16,897 nt of DNA from Gemmatimonadaceae bacterium (lineage in GTDB: Bacteria > Gemmatimonadota > Gemmatimonadetes > Gemmatimonadales > Gemmatimonadaceae): positions 1 through 16,897 of the forward strand of contig JBBDYA010000104.1 of the NCBI GenBank assembly GCA_040902005.1. Reading direction: 5' to 3'. Both the position numbers and the translations under genes were made by a program. This document shows, in pieces, positions 1 through 8,240 of the stretch; the stretch's first letter is position 1; each line of letters starts with the position of its first letter. Below the pieces are notes generated by a model, which worked only from the letters and a program-made list of their open reading frames with translations, was not told the origin of the DNA and made no database searches.

Positions 1-120
1 AGTTCATGCGGCCGCGGGTACGTACTCGGCGGCGCGCTGCGCGCGCCGGTCGGCCTGCACACCACGCACGGCCCTACCCGTGTGCACGCCGACCGCGCCG
101 AAGGCGCGCCGAGAACCAAC

Positions 121-151
121 CGGGGGCCGCAAAGCTCTTTTGCGGCCCCCG
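121..151 (-). terminator. GC-rich hairpin, probable intrinsic terminator downstream of the beta-barrel gene
   Basis: Perfect 13-bp inverted repeat CGGGGGCCGCAAA (121-133) / TTTGCGGCCCCCG (139-151) with a 5-nt loop, 20 nt past the stop of 172..2439(-). The minus-strand tail (GTTGGTTCTC) is only a weak U-tract. Confidence 0.7.
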
Positions 152-171
152 CCGAGAACAGCAGTACGGAG

Positions 172-2439
172 CTACCGGGGCTCCAGATAGAAATCCAGCC
201 GCCAGCGCCGCCCCTCGCCAAGCCCGCGCGAGACATCCAGCCGCACCAGTCCGTCCAGCGCCGACAGGCCGACGCCCGCGCCCGCGATCGGGCGCGGCTG
301 GCGCGCCCAATCCTGGCGGGAACCCGCCCACCCCGCGTCCACGAACAGCGATGGCCGAGCCATCGGATGCCCCTGTGACAGTTCGGCGCGGCCGAACCAG
401 AACGCGTCGCCCACGAAGTCACCGGCACGATATCCCCGGATCGTGTGCGCTCCGCCGAGATACCACAGCCGCTGCGGAGGAACCGAACCGGCAGACGTGC
501 CGGCGGCGGCGGTGAGCGTCGCCAGGCGTCGTGCGCCGAGTCCCTGCGACATCGTCCACTCCGTGAGGATCCGCGCATAGGCGCTGTCCGCAACGGCCGC
601 CTCCCCGCGCGTCCCGATCGACAGCCGCGTCGCGTCGGGATTCAGCCCCCACGAATTCCAGACCGCCGCCGCCCCACCCCAGTTGATACCTTCGCGCGCG
701 GTGATGTTGGGCCGGAAGCGCGACCCGTCCGTCAGGCGCGCGAGCGACGCGTGCGTTTCCACGTCTGCCGTCGTGTGTCGTTCGGCGAAGAGCCGCCAGG
801 ACAGAACACGGGACGTGGCCGGCTGGGTGTGCACACCGGCCAGCTCGCCCCCGATCGCCCGATAGTAGAAGCCGTCGTCGCGGCCAAGCACTGCGGCGTT
901 GAGCGAAGCGCCCAGTCCGAGCGGTGTTCCCCAGTCGTTCGCGGCGTCGAGCCGGCGGAAGAGCGCTCCCTGAAGCTCCCGCTGCCCGTCCGAGCGCCGC
1001 ATGCGCAGCTCGCCATTCGGCTGGAGGTCCGCGATGCCCAGACGCGCAATGGCGTACGCAGTGTACCCGTTGCCGAGCACGCGATCGACGCGCACGCCCG
1101 CGGACAGTCCCTCCACGCGGTTGTAGCGCAGCAACCCGCGCTCCAGCCCCCACGAGATCGTGGGCGGCTGCGGCTCCCATCGCGCCTGGCTACCGAGACT
1201 CAACGCGCCTTCCACATCGCGACGGAGCGCGGCAAAATCCGTCTCCGTGAACAGTTCCTCGCCGTCCGCGTAGATGGACGGCGGCAGTGCTGGCGACGTA
1301 ATGAGGTCCATGCGATCGCAGGGCAGGAGCACGCGAAAGCGAACCCCGGCCGCGTACATCACCGAAAGGTCGGCGTCGCGCAGCAACGAGTCCGCGGACC
1401 AGCGCGCGCTCGAGTCTCCACGCTCCCGGCAGCGCGAGGTACGTTCCTCCACACCGTACCACCTGGGACGCATCACGCGACCCGTGCGGGGATCCACATT
1501 GCGCTCCATGTTGCCGCCCTGATTCACGATCCCTGGCGCCAGCGCGCGCACCCGCTGGTACTCGAACGTCTGCGTGATCGAGATCGACAGCCGCGCGCCG
1601 CGCGCCGTTCCCTCGGCGTTGACAACCCGTGCGCGTGGCAGCCAGAAGCGGCGCTCGTACAGTCCGTGCTCGATGATCACTTCCCGGATGATCCCGGTGA
1701 AGGGACCGAACCTTCGCACCTTGTCGCGATCGTTCGCCCCGATCTCGCGCTCCATGAGCGGCCAGAGGTCCATGGGAACGGACGGCCGGTATGCCGCGCG
1801 CACGAGACTGCCGCTCGCCGCGTCCACCCAGAGCGATCCGACGATCAGCCGGGACGCGGGGCGCCGTGGGCGCACACGGATCTCCCGCAACACCACCACG
1901 CTCCGATCTGGCAGCCGGAACTGGAGCGAGTCGCCGAGAGAGAACTCGTAGAGCGAGTCCGCGCCAGGCTCCAGCGGATGTTCGATCCAGTCGTCCGCGT
2001 CGGGCAGCGCGATGCGCAGTTCTTCCATGGGCCACAGCCGATCGCGTCCCGGCACGTACGGCAGCACGAGCGCGACGTCCTCGTCCATCTCGTTCGGGTC
2101 CGGCTGCGTCCGTCCCAGGAACGGAATCACGCTGCGCACGCCGATCGGCTGCGCCCACGCGCCGAACTCGTGATGCCAGCCCAGGCGCGCGACCGATTCG
2201 TGCCGCGCCAGCAGCCGCTCGCGTCCCCCCCCCAGGGGGCCGATGCCGAGCCCGCGCGCGACACCCACGCCGGCCGACATGCGCTGGCGCACGAGCACGT
2301 CGTACGCGGCGAGCGACGAGTCCTGCTGGTAGCGCGCGCCGCGAGCATGGGCGACGAGCGCCTCGGTTTCAGCGCGCGCCGGCGCGTTGTTCGCCGCTGC
2401 CGCGAGCTGGAGCGTGAACAGAGCGCCGGAGACGAGCAT
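172..2439 (-). CDS. Secreted outer-membrane protein with a C-terminal beta-barrel (Omp85/TamA-like barrel, DUF5686-like N-terminal region)
   Basis: Long ORF (track 172..2538). The likely start is the ATG at 2439, giving the signal-peptide-like MLVSGALFTLQLAAAA. Motifs RYNRVEGLSAG, LGGAHTIRGY and FVDAGWAG, plus amphipathic terminal strands (LVRLDVSRG..WRLDFYL), are typical of Omp85-type barrels. Confidence 0.75.
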   Translation of the reverse strand: MLVSGALFTLQLAAAANNAPARAETEALVAHARGARYQQDSSLAAYDVLVRQRMSAGVGVARGLGIGPLGGGRERLLARHESVARLGWHHEFGAWAQPIGVRSVIPFLGRTQPDPNEMDEDVALVLPYVPGRDRLWPMEELRIALPDADDWIEHPLEPGADSLYEFSLGDSLQFRLPDRSVVVLREIRVRPRRPASRLIVGSLWVDAASGSLVRAAYRPSVPMDLWPLMEREIGANDRDKVRRFGPFTGIIREVIIEHGLYERRFWLPRARVVNAEGTARGARLSISITQTFEYQRVRALAPGIVNQGGNMERNVDPRTGRVMRPRWYGVEERTSRCRERGDSSARWSADSLLRDADLSVMYAAGVRFRVLLPCDRMDLITSPALPPSIYADGEELFTETDFAALRRDVEGALSLGSQARWEPQPPTISWGLERGLLRYNRVEGLSAGVRVDRVLGNGYTAYAIARLGIADLQPNGELRMRRSDGQRELQGALFRRLDAANDWGTPLGLGASLNAAVLGRDDGFYYRAIGGELAGVHTQPATSRVLSWRLFAERHTTADVETHASLARLTDGSRFRPNITAREGINWGGAAAVWNSWGLNPDATRLSIGTRGEAAVADSAYARILTEWTMSQGLGARRLATLTAAAGTSAGSVPPQRLWYLGGAHTIRGYRAGDFVGDAFWFGRAELSQGHPMARPSLFVDAGWAGSRQDWARQPRPIAGAGVGLSALDGLVRLDVSRGLGEGRRWRLDFYLEPR

Positions 2440-2447
2440 GACCGACC

Positions 2448-2474
2448 TACGCCATGCGCGCGACCCCGGTTTCG
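2448..2474 (-). promoter_or_regulatory. Candidate ECF sigma promoter (CGAAAC-N17-CGTA)
   Basis: Minus strand reads CGAAAC cggggtcgcgcgcatgg CGTA, ending 8 nt before the ATG at 2439. This resembles the GAAAC/CGTA ECF consensus. Pattern match only. Confidence 0.3.
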
Positions 2475-2574
2475 CGCCGGACGGGGCCGCCCTCGCTCCC
2501 CGTCTGTTGCCGGCAACACAGCGAAAAGACGGCGCCACGATGGGGCGCCCTCTTCTGCTGAATCAACGCGCCAG

Positions 2575-3078
2575 CTACATGCTGTCGAAACCGCTCCGGT
2601 CCTTCACCTTCGCCCAGTTGCGATTCGCCTTGGCGTTGTTGCCGGCGACGTCCTTGCTCCACATCCCTTTTACTTCCTGGTTCACGTTCAGGAACAGCCG
2701 GCCGTTCACGACAGAGAATGCGGCGGGGTCAGCGGGGAGCTTCTTTCCCACCGCCACGCCCATCGCGCAGTATCCGCCGTACGCCGGCGCGAACTTCTGC
2801 GGGTTTGCCTTGAACGCGTCGCGATTGGCGGCGCTCGCGAAACGATAGATCACCCCGTCGTGCGCCGCGGTGAACTCCGCCGACCCCTTCACCGGTTTCG
2901 ATTCCGTCTGGTACGCCACGGCGTCGTAGCCGCTGAGCATTACGCCGTTGTCGTCCGCGTTCAGCGCGCCGTGTCCGTCCTGCGCCGCCAGTGGCGCGGC
3001 CGCGGCCGCTGCGAACAGCGCGACGGCGCCGGCCGCGCGCATCAACCGGTGGATACTCGAGAGCAGGTACATGTGCAT
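2575..3078 (-). CDS. Exported YHS domain-containing protein (Cys form of the YHS (seleno)protein family)
   Basis: Signal peptide ending APLAA-Q. Motifs GYDAVAY, YRFASAANRDAFKANPQKFAPAYGGYCAMGVA and DP.AF.VVNGRLFLN. The Cys codon is TGC. AGGAG RBS lies just upstream of the ATG. Confidence 0.9.
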   Translation of the reverse strand: MHMYLLSSIHRLMRAAGAVALFAAAAAAPLAAQDGHGALNADDNGVMLSGYDAVAYQTESKPVKGSAEFTAAHDGVIYRFASAANRDAFKANPQKFAPAYGGYCAMGVAVGKKLPADPAAFSVVNGRLFLNVNQEVKGMWSKDVAGNNAKANRNWAKVKDRSGFDSM

Positions 3079-3152
3079 CTTCTCCTGAAGAGGGAGTGTG
3101 TGTGCCGGCGCGGCCTCATGCCGCGCGGAGGACTCGTGTGATCAGGAGAAGA
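3078..3152 (-). promoter_or_regulatory. 5' leader hairpin sequestering the YHS gene RBS
   Basis: Perfect 11-bp inverted repeat TCTTCTCCTGA (3078-3088) / TCAGGAGAAGA (3142-3152). On the mRNA it pairs AGGAG and the A of the ATG. Nested stems GAGT/ACTC and CGCGGC/GCCGCG lie inside it. Confidence 0.55.
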
Positions 3153-3209
3153 CCCTACGCCAGCGCTTGGTTCCCGCGCAGATGGCAGCGCGCGTGGAAA
3201 ACGGCAGCG

Positions 3210-3809
3210 CTACTTCAGCAGGCGATACGCGAGCGCGGTGCGGCTGACGAGCGTGAGCCCGAGCAGCGCGATCCACAGCAGCAGCAGGAGGGGGCTTGCG
3301 GCCGGGAAGAACGCCAGCAGCGCGTACACGACCGTGGTCTCCCCCCCCTCCGCCGGCGCGGCAGTGAAATGGATCGAGCGGTTGCCGCCGAGCGTGCGGT
3401 CGGCGCGCTCGAGCAGCGACGAGAGCGCCAGCGTCGTGGTTATCGCCATGACGTAACCGGCAAGCACGATAAGCCAGAGCACCCGATCGTCCGGCATCGC
3501 GAGCGCGAAGGCGATTGCCATGGCAGAGTACGCGAGCATGTCCAGCGTGATGTCCAGGAACCCGCCGAACAGCGTCGTCTGCCCCGACACCCGCGCCAAC
3601 AGCCCGTCGTAGCCGTCGAGGATTCGGCCAGCGATCCAGAGGGCCCCGCCCAGACGCAGCTGTCCCATGCCGATCGCGATAGCCGCACCGATGCCCGCGA
3701 GGAACGCCGCCATCGTGACCTGGTTTGGTGTCACACCAAGTCGATGCAACGCGTGCGCCGGGCCCGCGCCGGCCCGGGCGATCAGCCGGCGAAACGGCTC
3801 ATCGAACAT
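3210..3809 (-). CDS. CDP-alcohol phosphatidyltransferase family protein (YnjF-like)
   Basis: TPNQVT plus the signature D-G-x2-D-G-x2-AR...G-x3-D-x3-D (ILDGYDGLLARVSGQTTLFGGFLDITLD). AEGGET motif, multiple TM helices. Starts 8 nt after the TBDR stop. Confidence 0.9.
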   Translation of the reverse strand: MFDEPFRRLIARAGAGPAHALHRLGVTPNQVTMAAFLAGIGAAIAIGMGQLRLGGALWIAGRILDGYDGLLARVSGQTTLFGGFLDITLDMLAYSAMAIAFALAMPDDRVLWLIVLAGYVMAITTTLALSSLLERADRTLGGNRSIHFTAAPAEGGETTVVYALLAFFPAASPLLLLLWIALLGLTLVSRTALAYRLLK

Positions 3810-3817
3810 GCGTGAAG

Positions 3818-6763
3818 CTAGTCGCGGGTCCCACCCATGAACGCGTAGCGCGCCGAGAGCTGGAATTGTCGCGGCGGAGCGGCGGCAAAGAGGTGAACCG
3901 GATCGCCGGGGCGGCCGAACTGCGTTCGGCTTCCGCCGCCGCCGATGCCATTTGCGTACCCGCCCCAGGCGAGCGAGTTAAAGAGGTTGAAGGCGTCGAT
4001 GCGCAGCTCCACCACCTTTCCGCTCCGCACCGGGACCCCCCAGGCAACGCTCGTGGCGACTGTGACGAATCCGGGCAGCCGTTCGCTGTTGCGCGACACG
4101 CCGAAGAAGCGGTCGGAGTTGCCGATGAACGAGTTGCCGCGGATCGGTCCCGACCCGAGAAGATCGAACCGCGCCGTGCCGCCTGCGTCCGCGAGGCCGG
4201 CCACGCGGTTGATTGGCACGCCGGTCTGCCCGTCGCCGATCAGGCTCCACGACACTCCGCGCGGCAGCGCCATGACGCTGCGCACCGTGACGCGATGGCG
4301 GCGGTCGTTGTTGGCGTCGGCCCATTCGTCGCTCGTGCACGGCGCGCCCGTCACGGCGTCGGTACGGTCAGTATCGAAGCAGTTGCCCTGCGTCGCTGAG
4401 AAATTGATGTCCTCCGTGTTGGTCTGCGCCCGTGACCACACCCAGTTGGCGTCCAGGTCCCAGCGGTCTGACATCGCCCGGCGCGCGGAGACGTACAGCG
4501 CCCGGTATCTTGCCTCGCCGCGCGAGAGCGCCGTCGAGAGCCGGCGGTATCCCGCCGTTGCAGGATCGTCGGGGCGAGTGGCGTCGCCGGGGCAGGACGT
4601 GGCGCTCGAGCAGGGCTGATGCACGGAATCCGCCGCCGTCAACGGCCGCGAGACCGGGTTCAGGTCGGCGAGCATCGGCAGGTTCCGCGTCTCGCTGAAC
4701 ACGACGTCGGCGCTCAGCCCCCACGCGGCGCCGAGCTGCCGCTGATATCCAAGCGTCGCCTGCCAGCTCATGGGCTGCTCGAGTCCCAGCGCGAACGTAC
4801 GAAAGATCTCGCGCGGCACCGATGTGATGTCCCCCGGCGGGACGTTGCCGGCCGTGGGCCCCTCCAGATATACCGGCGCGGATACACCGCTGTATGTAAT
4901 CACCGCGTTGCCATCGACACCGAGCTGGATGGCGTCGGAGTAGATGGCGTACGGAAACCGGCCGGCGTACCGGCCGGCGCCCCCCCGCACCACGTCGCGC
5001 GGCGTGCGCGCCCAGTTGAACGACACCCTCGGCTGCACGTTGTAGAGGTCGGCACTGCTCTCCCCGCGCGAGGTGAGATCGTCGTAATCCCAGCGCACCC
5101 CCGCCAGCACCGTGAGCGATGGCGTCGGCCGCCACGTGTCTTCGAGGAACGCGCCGTACAGGGTCTGTGAGAGATTCACCTGCTGCGGGCGCGCGTCCAC
5201 CGTGTAGCTCTCCACGCGCACGTCGGCGGGAATGTCGCGGATGGACAGCGCCTGCCCTGGCGGAGCGGAGATGTTGCCGTCGTTGAACACCACGTACGAG
5301 CCGTTCGGGTTCGTCCCCGCCGCCTGGAGCCGGAAGGCCGACGTCACGACGTCGGCGCCGACGCGCACAGTGTGCCGTTGGCCGACCGCCAGCTCCACGA
5401 CGTCGCGCAGTTGCCACTGCCGCTCGGTTTCATCGAATACGAAGTTGCTCGAGCCCACCACCGCTTCCGTCACGAACGACGGAGAGATGACGGTCACCTG
5501 CGGCCGCGAGAAATCGCTGCGCGCCGGCGGGAAGTACCAGCGAAAGGACCCGAACTGCGCGGATGCGGTGTTCGACGCCCGAAGACCGTTGAAGGCGCTG
5601 CGATGCGTGACGGCGCTGATCGTGCCGATGCGCCGCGTGGTGATGTCGGCCTCCGGCGTCACCACGCCGCTGCCGTTTCCTTCCCGGTCTACCGCGCTCA
5701 TGGCCACCCGCAGCGTCGTCGTCTGCGTGGGCGACCACCCGTGATCGATCCGCCCGAACCCCTTGTACGTCCGCCGGGATTCGGTGCCGAGAAAGGTGGC
5801 CAGCGCGGTAGACCCGATGCGGTCCTCCTCCTCGCGTGTGTATTCGTGCGCCGTGGCGAAGAAGCTGCGCCCGGGGCGCAGGGCGCCGCGCAGCGATCCG
5901 CCCACCTGCGACCGGCGGAACCCGTCCTGCCGTCGCTCGATGGCCTCGGATGCATGGCCGAACGGCGTGGCGGCGCGCGCGTCCAACGGGCGGCCGGGTC
6001 GGTTGTAGACGAACAGGTCACCCGCCAGCTCGTCGCGCCCCGCCAGCGTCGTGACGTCCACAACGCCATCCGGGCTTCGGCCATGCCGGGTTGTATACGT
6101 GTTCACTAAGGCGTCCATCCGTGCGATCGCACCGAGCGGCAGCTCGACGCGCGGCCCGCCGAGGAATCCCTCGTTGTTGTCCAGCCCGTCCACGAGATAC
6201 TGCGAGTACAGCGAGTTGCCGCCGTTGAACGACAGGCGTGGTGCGTCGCCGAAAAAGCCGGTTGCCTGCGCCACCCCCGGGACGTTGTACAGCAGGGCGA
6301 TGGGATCGCGCGCGTCCGTGGGGAGGGCGCGAATCTCGCGCGCCTCGATGGCTCCGCCCGTCGCGGCGGTCTCCGTGTTCAGCAGGGGCCGGTCCGGCGA
6401 CGCGACGATGCTCTGCGCGTCAAGCACCGCCAGCGGCGTGAGCACGAACGTCAGTTCGCGCGCGCCACCGGCCGGGAGTAGCGCGACGCTTGCGCGGGAG
6501 CGCGCGAACCCCGGTGCCGCGACCGAGATCTCCAGCGGGACGGAAGACGGCACCCGCGCGGTGAAGGTGCCGCTCGCATCGGTGACGGCGGCCACCCGTT
6601 CCCCAACGCGCACCTCCGCGCCGACCACCGCGCTCCCGCGCTGGCTTCGCACGGTCCCGGTGAGCGTCGCTCCACTCTGCGCCTGGAGCGCATTCGGGAG
6701 AAAGAGGAGAGCGAGCAGCGGCCAGCGGGAGAACCGATATGAACGTGGGAGGCAGAATTTCAT
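3818..6763 (-). CDS. TonB-dependent receptor with N-terminal carboxypeptidase-regulatory-like domain (Oar-like)
   Basis: Likely start is the ATG at 6763 (MKFCLPRS..LLALLFLPNALQA-Q signal peptide). Contains GATLTGTVRS, plug motif YLVDGLDNNE, GVRWDYD, QPRVSFNW, DAFNLFN and terminal PRQFQLSARYAF. Confidence 0.92.
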   Translation of the reverse strand: MKFCLPRSYRFSRWPLLALLFLPNALQAQSGATLTGTVRSQRGSAVVGAEVRVGERVAAVTDASGTFTARVPSSVPLEISVAAPGFARSRASVALLPAGGARELTFVLTPLAVLDAQSIVASPDRPLLNTETAATGGAIEAREIRALPTDARDPIALLYNVPGVAQATGFFGDAPRLSFNGGNSLYSQYLVDGLDNNEGFLGGPRVELPLGAIARMDALVNTYTTRHGRSPDGVVDVTTLAGRDELAGDLFVYNRPGRPLDARAATPFGHASEAIERRQDGFRRSQVGGSLRGALRPGRSFFATAHEYTREEEDRIGSTALATFLGTESRRTYKGFGRIDHGWSPTQTTTLRVAMSAVDREGNGSGVVTPEADITTRRIGTISAVTHRSAFNGLRASNTASAQFGSFRWYFPPARSDFSRPQVTVISPSFVTEAVVGSSNFVFDETERQWQLRDVVELAVGQRHTVRVGADVVTSAFRLQAAGTNPNGSYVVFNDGNISAPPGQALSIRDIPADVRVESYTVDARPQQVNLSQTLYGAFLEDTWRPTPSLTVLAGVRWDYDDLTSRGESSADLYNVQPRVSFNWARTPRDVVRGGAGRYAGRFPYAIYSDAIQLGVDGNAVITYSGVSAPVYLEGPTAGNVPPGDITSVPREIFRTFALGLEQPMSWQATLGYQRQLGAAWGLSADVVFSETRNLPMLADLNPVSRPLTAADSVHQPCSSATSCPGDATRPDDPATAGYRRLSTALSRGEARYRALYVSARRAMSDRWDLDANWVWSRAQTNTEDINFSATQGNCFDTDRTDAVTGAPCTSDEWADANNDRRHRVTVRSVMALPRGVSWSLIGDGQTGVPINRVAGLADAGGTARFDLLGSGPIRGNSFIGNSDRFFGVSRNSERLPGFVTVATSVAWGVPVRSGKVVELRIDAFNLFNSLAWGGYANGIGGGGSRTQFGRPGDPVHLFAAAPPRQFQLSARYAFMGGTRD

Positions 6764-6844
6764 CGTAATGGGCTGAATGAAAGGCGTGATTGCTAAGGAA
6801 CCAACCATGCCAACAAGCGATTGACAGCGTAATAGGTTCCCCCG

Positions 6845-8236
6845 ATGACCATGCCGGTTTTCCTCGACAGTCTCGCCTTCATCGTCACGCTCGCCACCGT
6901 TGCGGCCGCCGGCTGGCATCGTGCGGACTCCGCCGCGTCGTTCGTCGTTGCCGACCGCCGGCTGGGACTCTTTGCGCTGGTTGCGACGCTCGTCATGACC
7001 GAGCTCAACACCAGCACCCTGCTCGCATTCGCGGCGCAGGGCTACTCCGCCGGCCCGATGGCCATCGCGCTCCCCGCGGTCTTCCTGGTCGGGCTCACCT
7101 TCTACACGCTCACCGTCGCGCGCGCCTGGAAGCGCTTCAACCGGCTGTCGGTCGCCGAGCTGTTCACCGAACGATACTCGCGCGCGCTCGGCCGCGCCGC
7201 GTCGGTCCTGCTGCTGCTCGCCATGACCGGTTTCTCGGCGACGTACGTGAAGTCACTCGCTTTTCTCTTCGCGCCGTTCGCGCCGTCCGTGCCGCAGCCG
7301 CTGGTGGGTGCGGCGATGACCGCTGTGATCCTGACCGCGGTGCTTCCCGGCGGACTCGTGTCGGTGGTCCGCGCGGACGTCGTGAGCTTCGTCGCCGCGC
7401 TGGTGCTCTTCCCGCTGCTGCTGGCCATCGGCGTCGCTCGCGCTGCGGCCGCCGGCGGGCTGGCGTCGGTGTTTCCGGCGGATCAATTGACGCTCTCGCC
7501 CGTGGCGCAATGGGATCACCCGGCGCTCCCGATGCGCTTCGTGGTGTCGCTCGTGGTGCTCACCTGTTTCACATATATCGCTGCGCCATGGTACGGCCAG
7601 AAGATCTTCGCGGCGCGCGACGTGCGCACCGCCTATCGCGCCGTGGCATGGAGCGCCGTGCTGGTGTTTCTCATCTACGGTGCCGTGGTGCTGGCCGCGG
7701 CCCACCTGCGCGTGGAGCAGCCTAATCTGGCCGATGCCCATTTCGCGATTCCCGCCATGGTGCGCGCCTGGCTTCCGGCGGGGCTTCGCGGCGCGGGGTT
7801 CGCCGTCCTGTTCGCGGCCGCTCTCACCACGCTCGCCGGCGTGTGGAGCGCGATGGCGGCGATGGTCGCCGCGGATCTCGCCGGGCCGGCGGCACGCGCG
7901 GTAAGGCCGCAGCGCGCCATCATCGCCACGTTCGCGGTGCTCAGCTGGCTGGGCGCCACCTTCCTCGTGGACGACATCCTGAATCGCTTGATCCTCGCCA
8001 ACATCCCGGTCGCCGCGCTGGCGTTTGCCCTTCTTGCCGGATTTCACTGGCGCCGCGCCACCGCGGCGGGGGCATGGGCCAGCGTGATCGTCGGCGTCGT
8101 GTGGGGTGTGGGAAGTTTCGTGATCGTCGGCGAAGAGGGGGGCTACACCTGGCCCTGGGCCATGTATGGCATTCCATTGATCTTCGCGACCGGCATCGCC
8201 GTCTCGCTGGCGACGCAACCGCGCCCGCATCCCTGA
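6845..8236 (+). CDS. Sodium:solute symporter (SSS/SLC5 family)
   Basis: 463 aa, very hydrophobic with about 12-13 TM segments. SSS-type motifs SVAELFTERYS, GGLVSVVRADVV, QKIFAARD, LRGAGFAVLFAAALTT and WRRATAAGAWAS. Confidence 0.88.
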   Translation: MTMPVFLDSLAFIVTLATVAAAGWHRADSAASFVVADRRLGLFALVATLVMTELNTSTLLAFAAQGYSAGPMAIALPAVFLVGLTFYTLTVARAWKRFNRLSVAELFTERYSRALGRAASVLLLLAMTGFSATYVKSLAFLFAPFAPSVPQPLVGAAMTAVILTAVLPGGLVSVVRADVVSFVAALVLFPLLLAIGVARAAAAGGLASVFPADQLTLSPVAQWDHPALPMRFVVSLVVLTCFTYIAAPWYGQKIFAARDVRTAYRAVAWSAVLVFLIYGAVVLAAAHLRVEQPNLADAHFAIPAMVRAWLPAGLRGAGFAVLFAAALTTLAGVWSAMAAMVAADLAGPAARAVRPQRAIIATFAVLSWLGATFLVDDILNRLILANIPVAALAFALLAGFHWRRATAAGAWASVIVGVVWGVGSFVIVGEEGGYTWPWAMYGIPLIFATGIAVSLATQPRPHP

Positions 8237-8240
8237 GCAT

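Noticed and set aside
1..120. Possible gene start at the left edge (minus-strand ATG at 7) or short ORFs 6..515 and 82..378
   Set aside because: Too little sequence to judge the edge start. The short ORFs are low-complexity and overlap the terminator and barrel gene.
445..3141. Long 898-aa plus-strand ORF, and similar antisense ORFs 8352..9806, 12040..13605 and 7253..8230
   Set aside because: These are Arg/Pro/Ala-rich shadow frames opposite well-supported genes, expected in high-GC DNA, with no recognisable motifs.
6821..6826. Perfect TTGACA -35 hexamer (another at 9834-9839)
   Set aside because: No matching -10 at 16-18 bp, and too close to the start codons to call a promoter.
6764..6919. 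Extended N-terminus of the TonB receptor ORF
   Set aside because: It would overlap the divergent SSS gene. The signal peptide starts at 6763.
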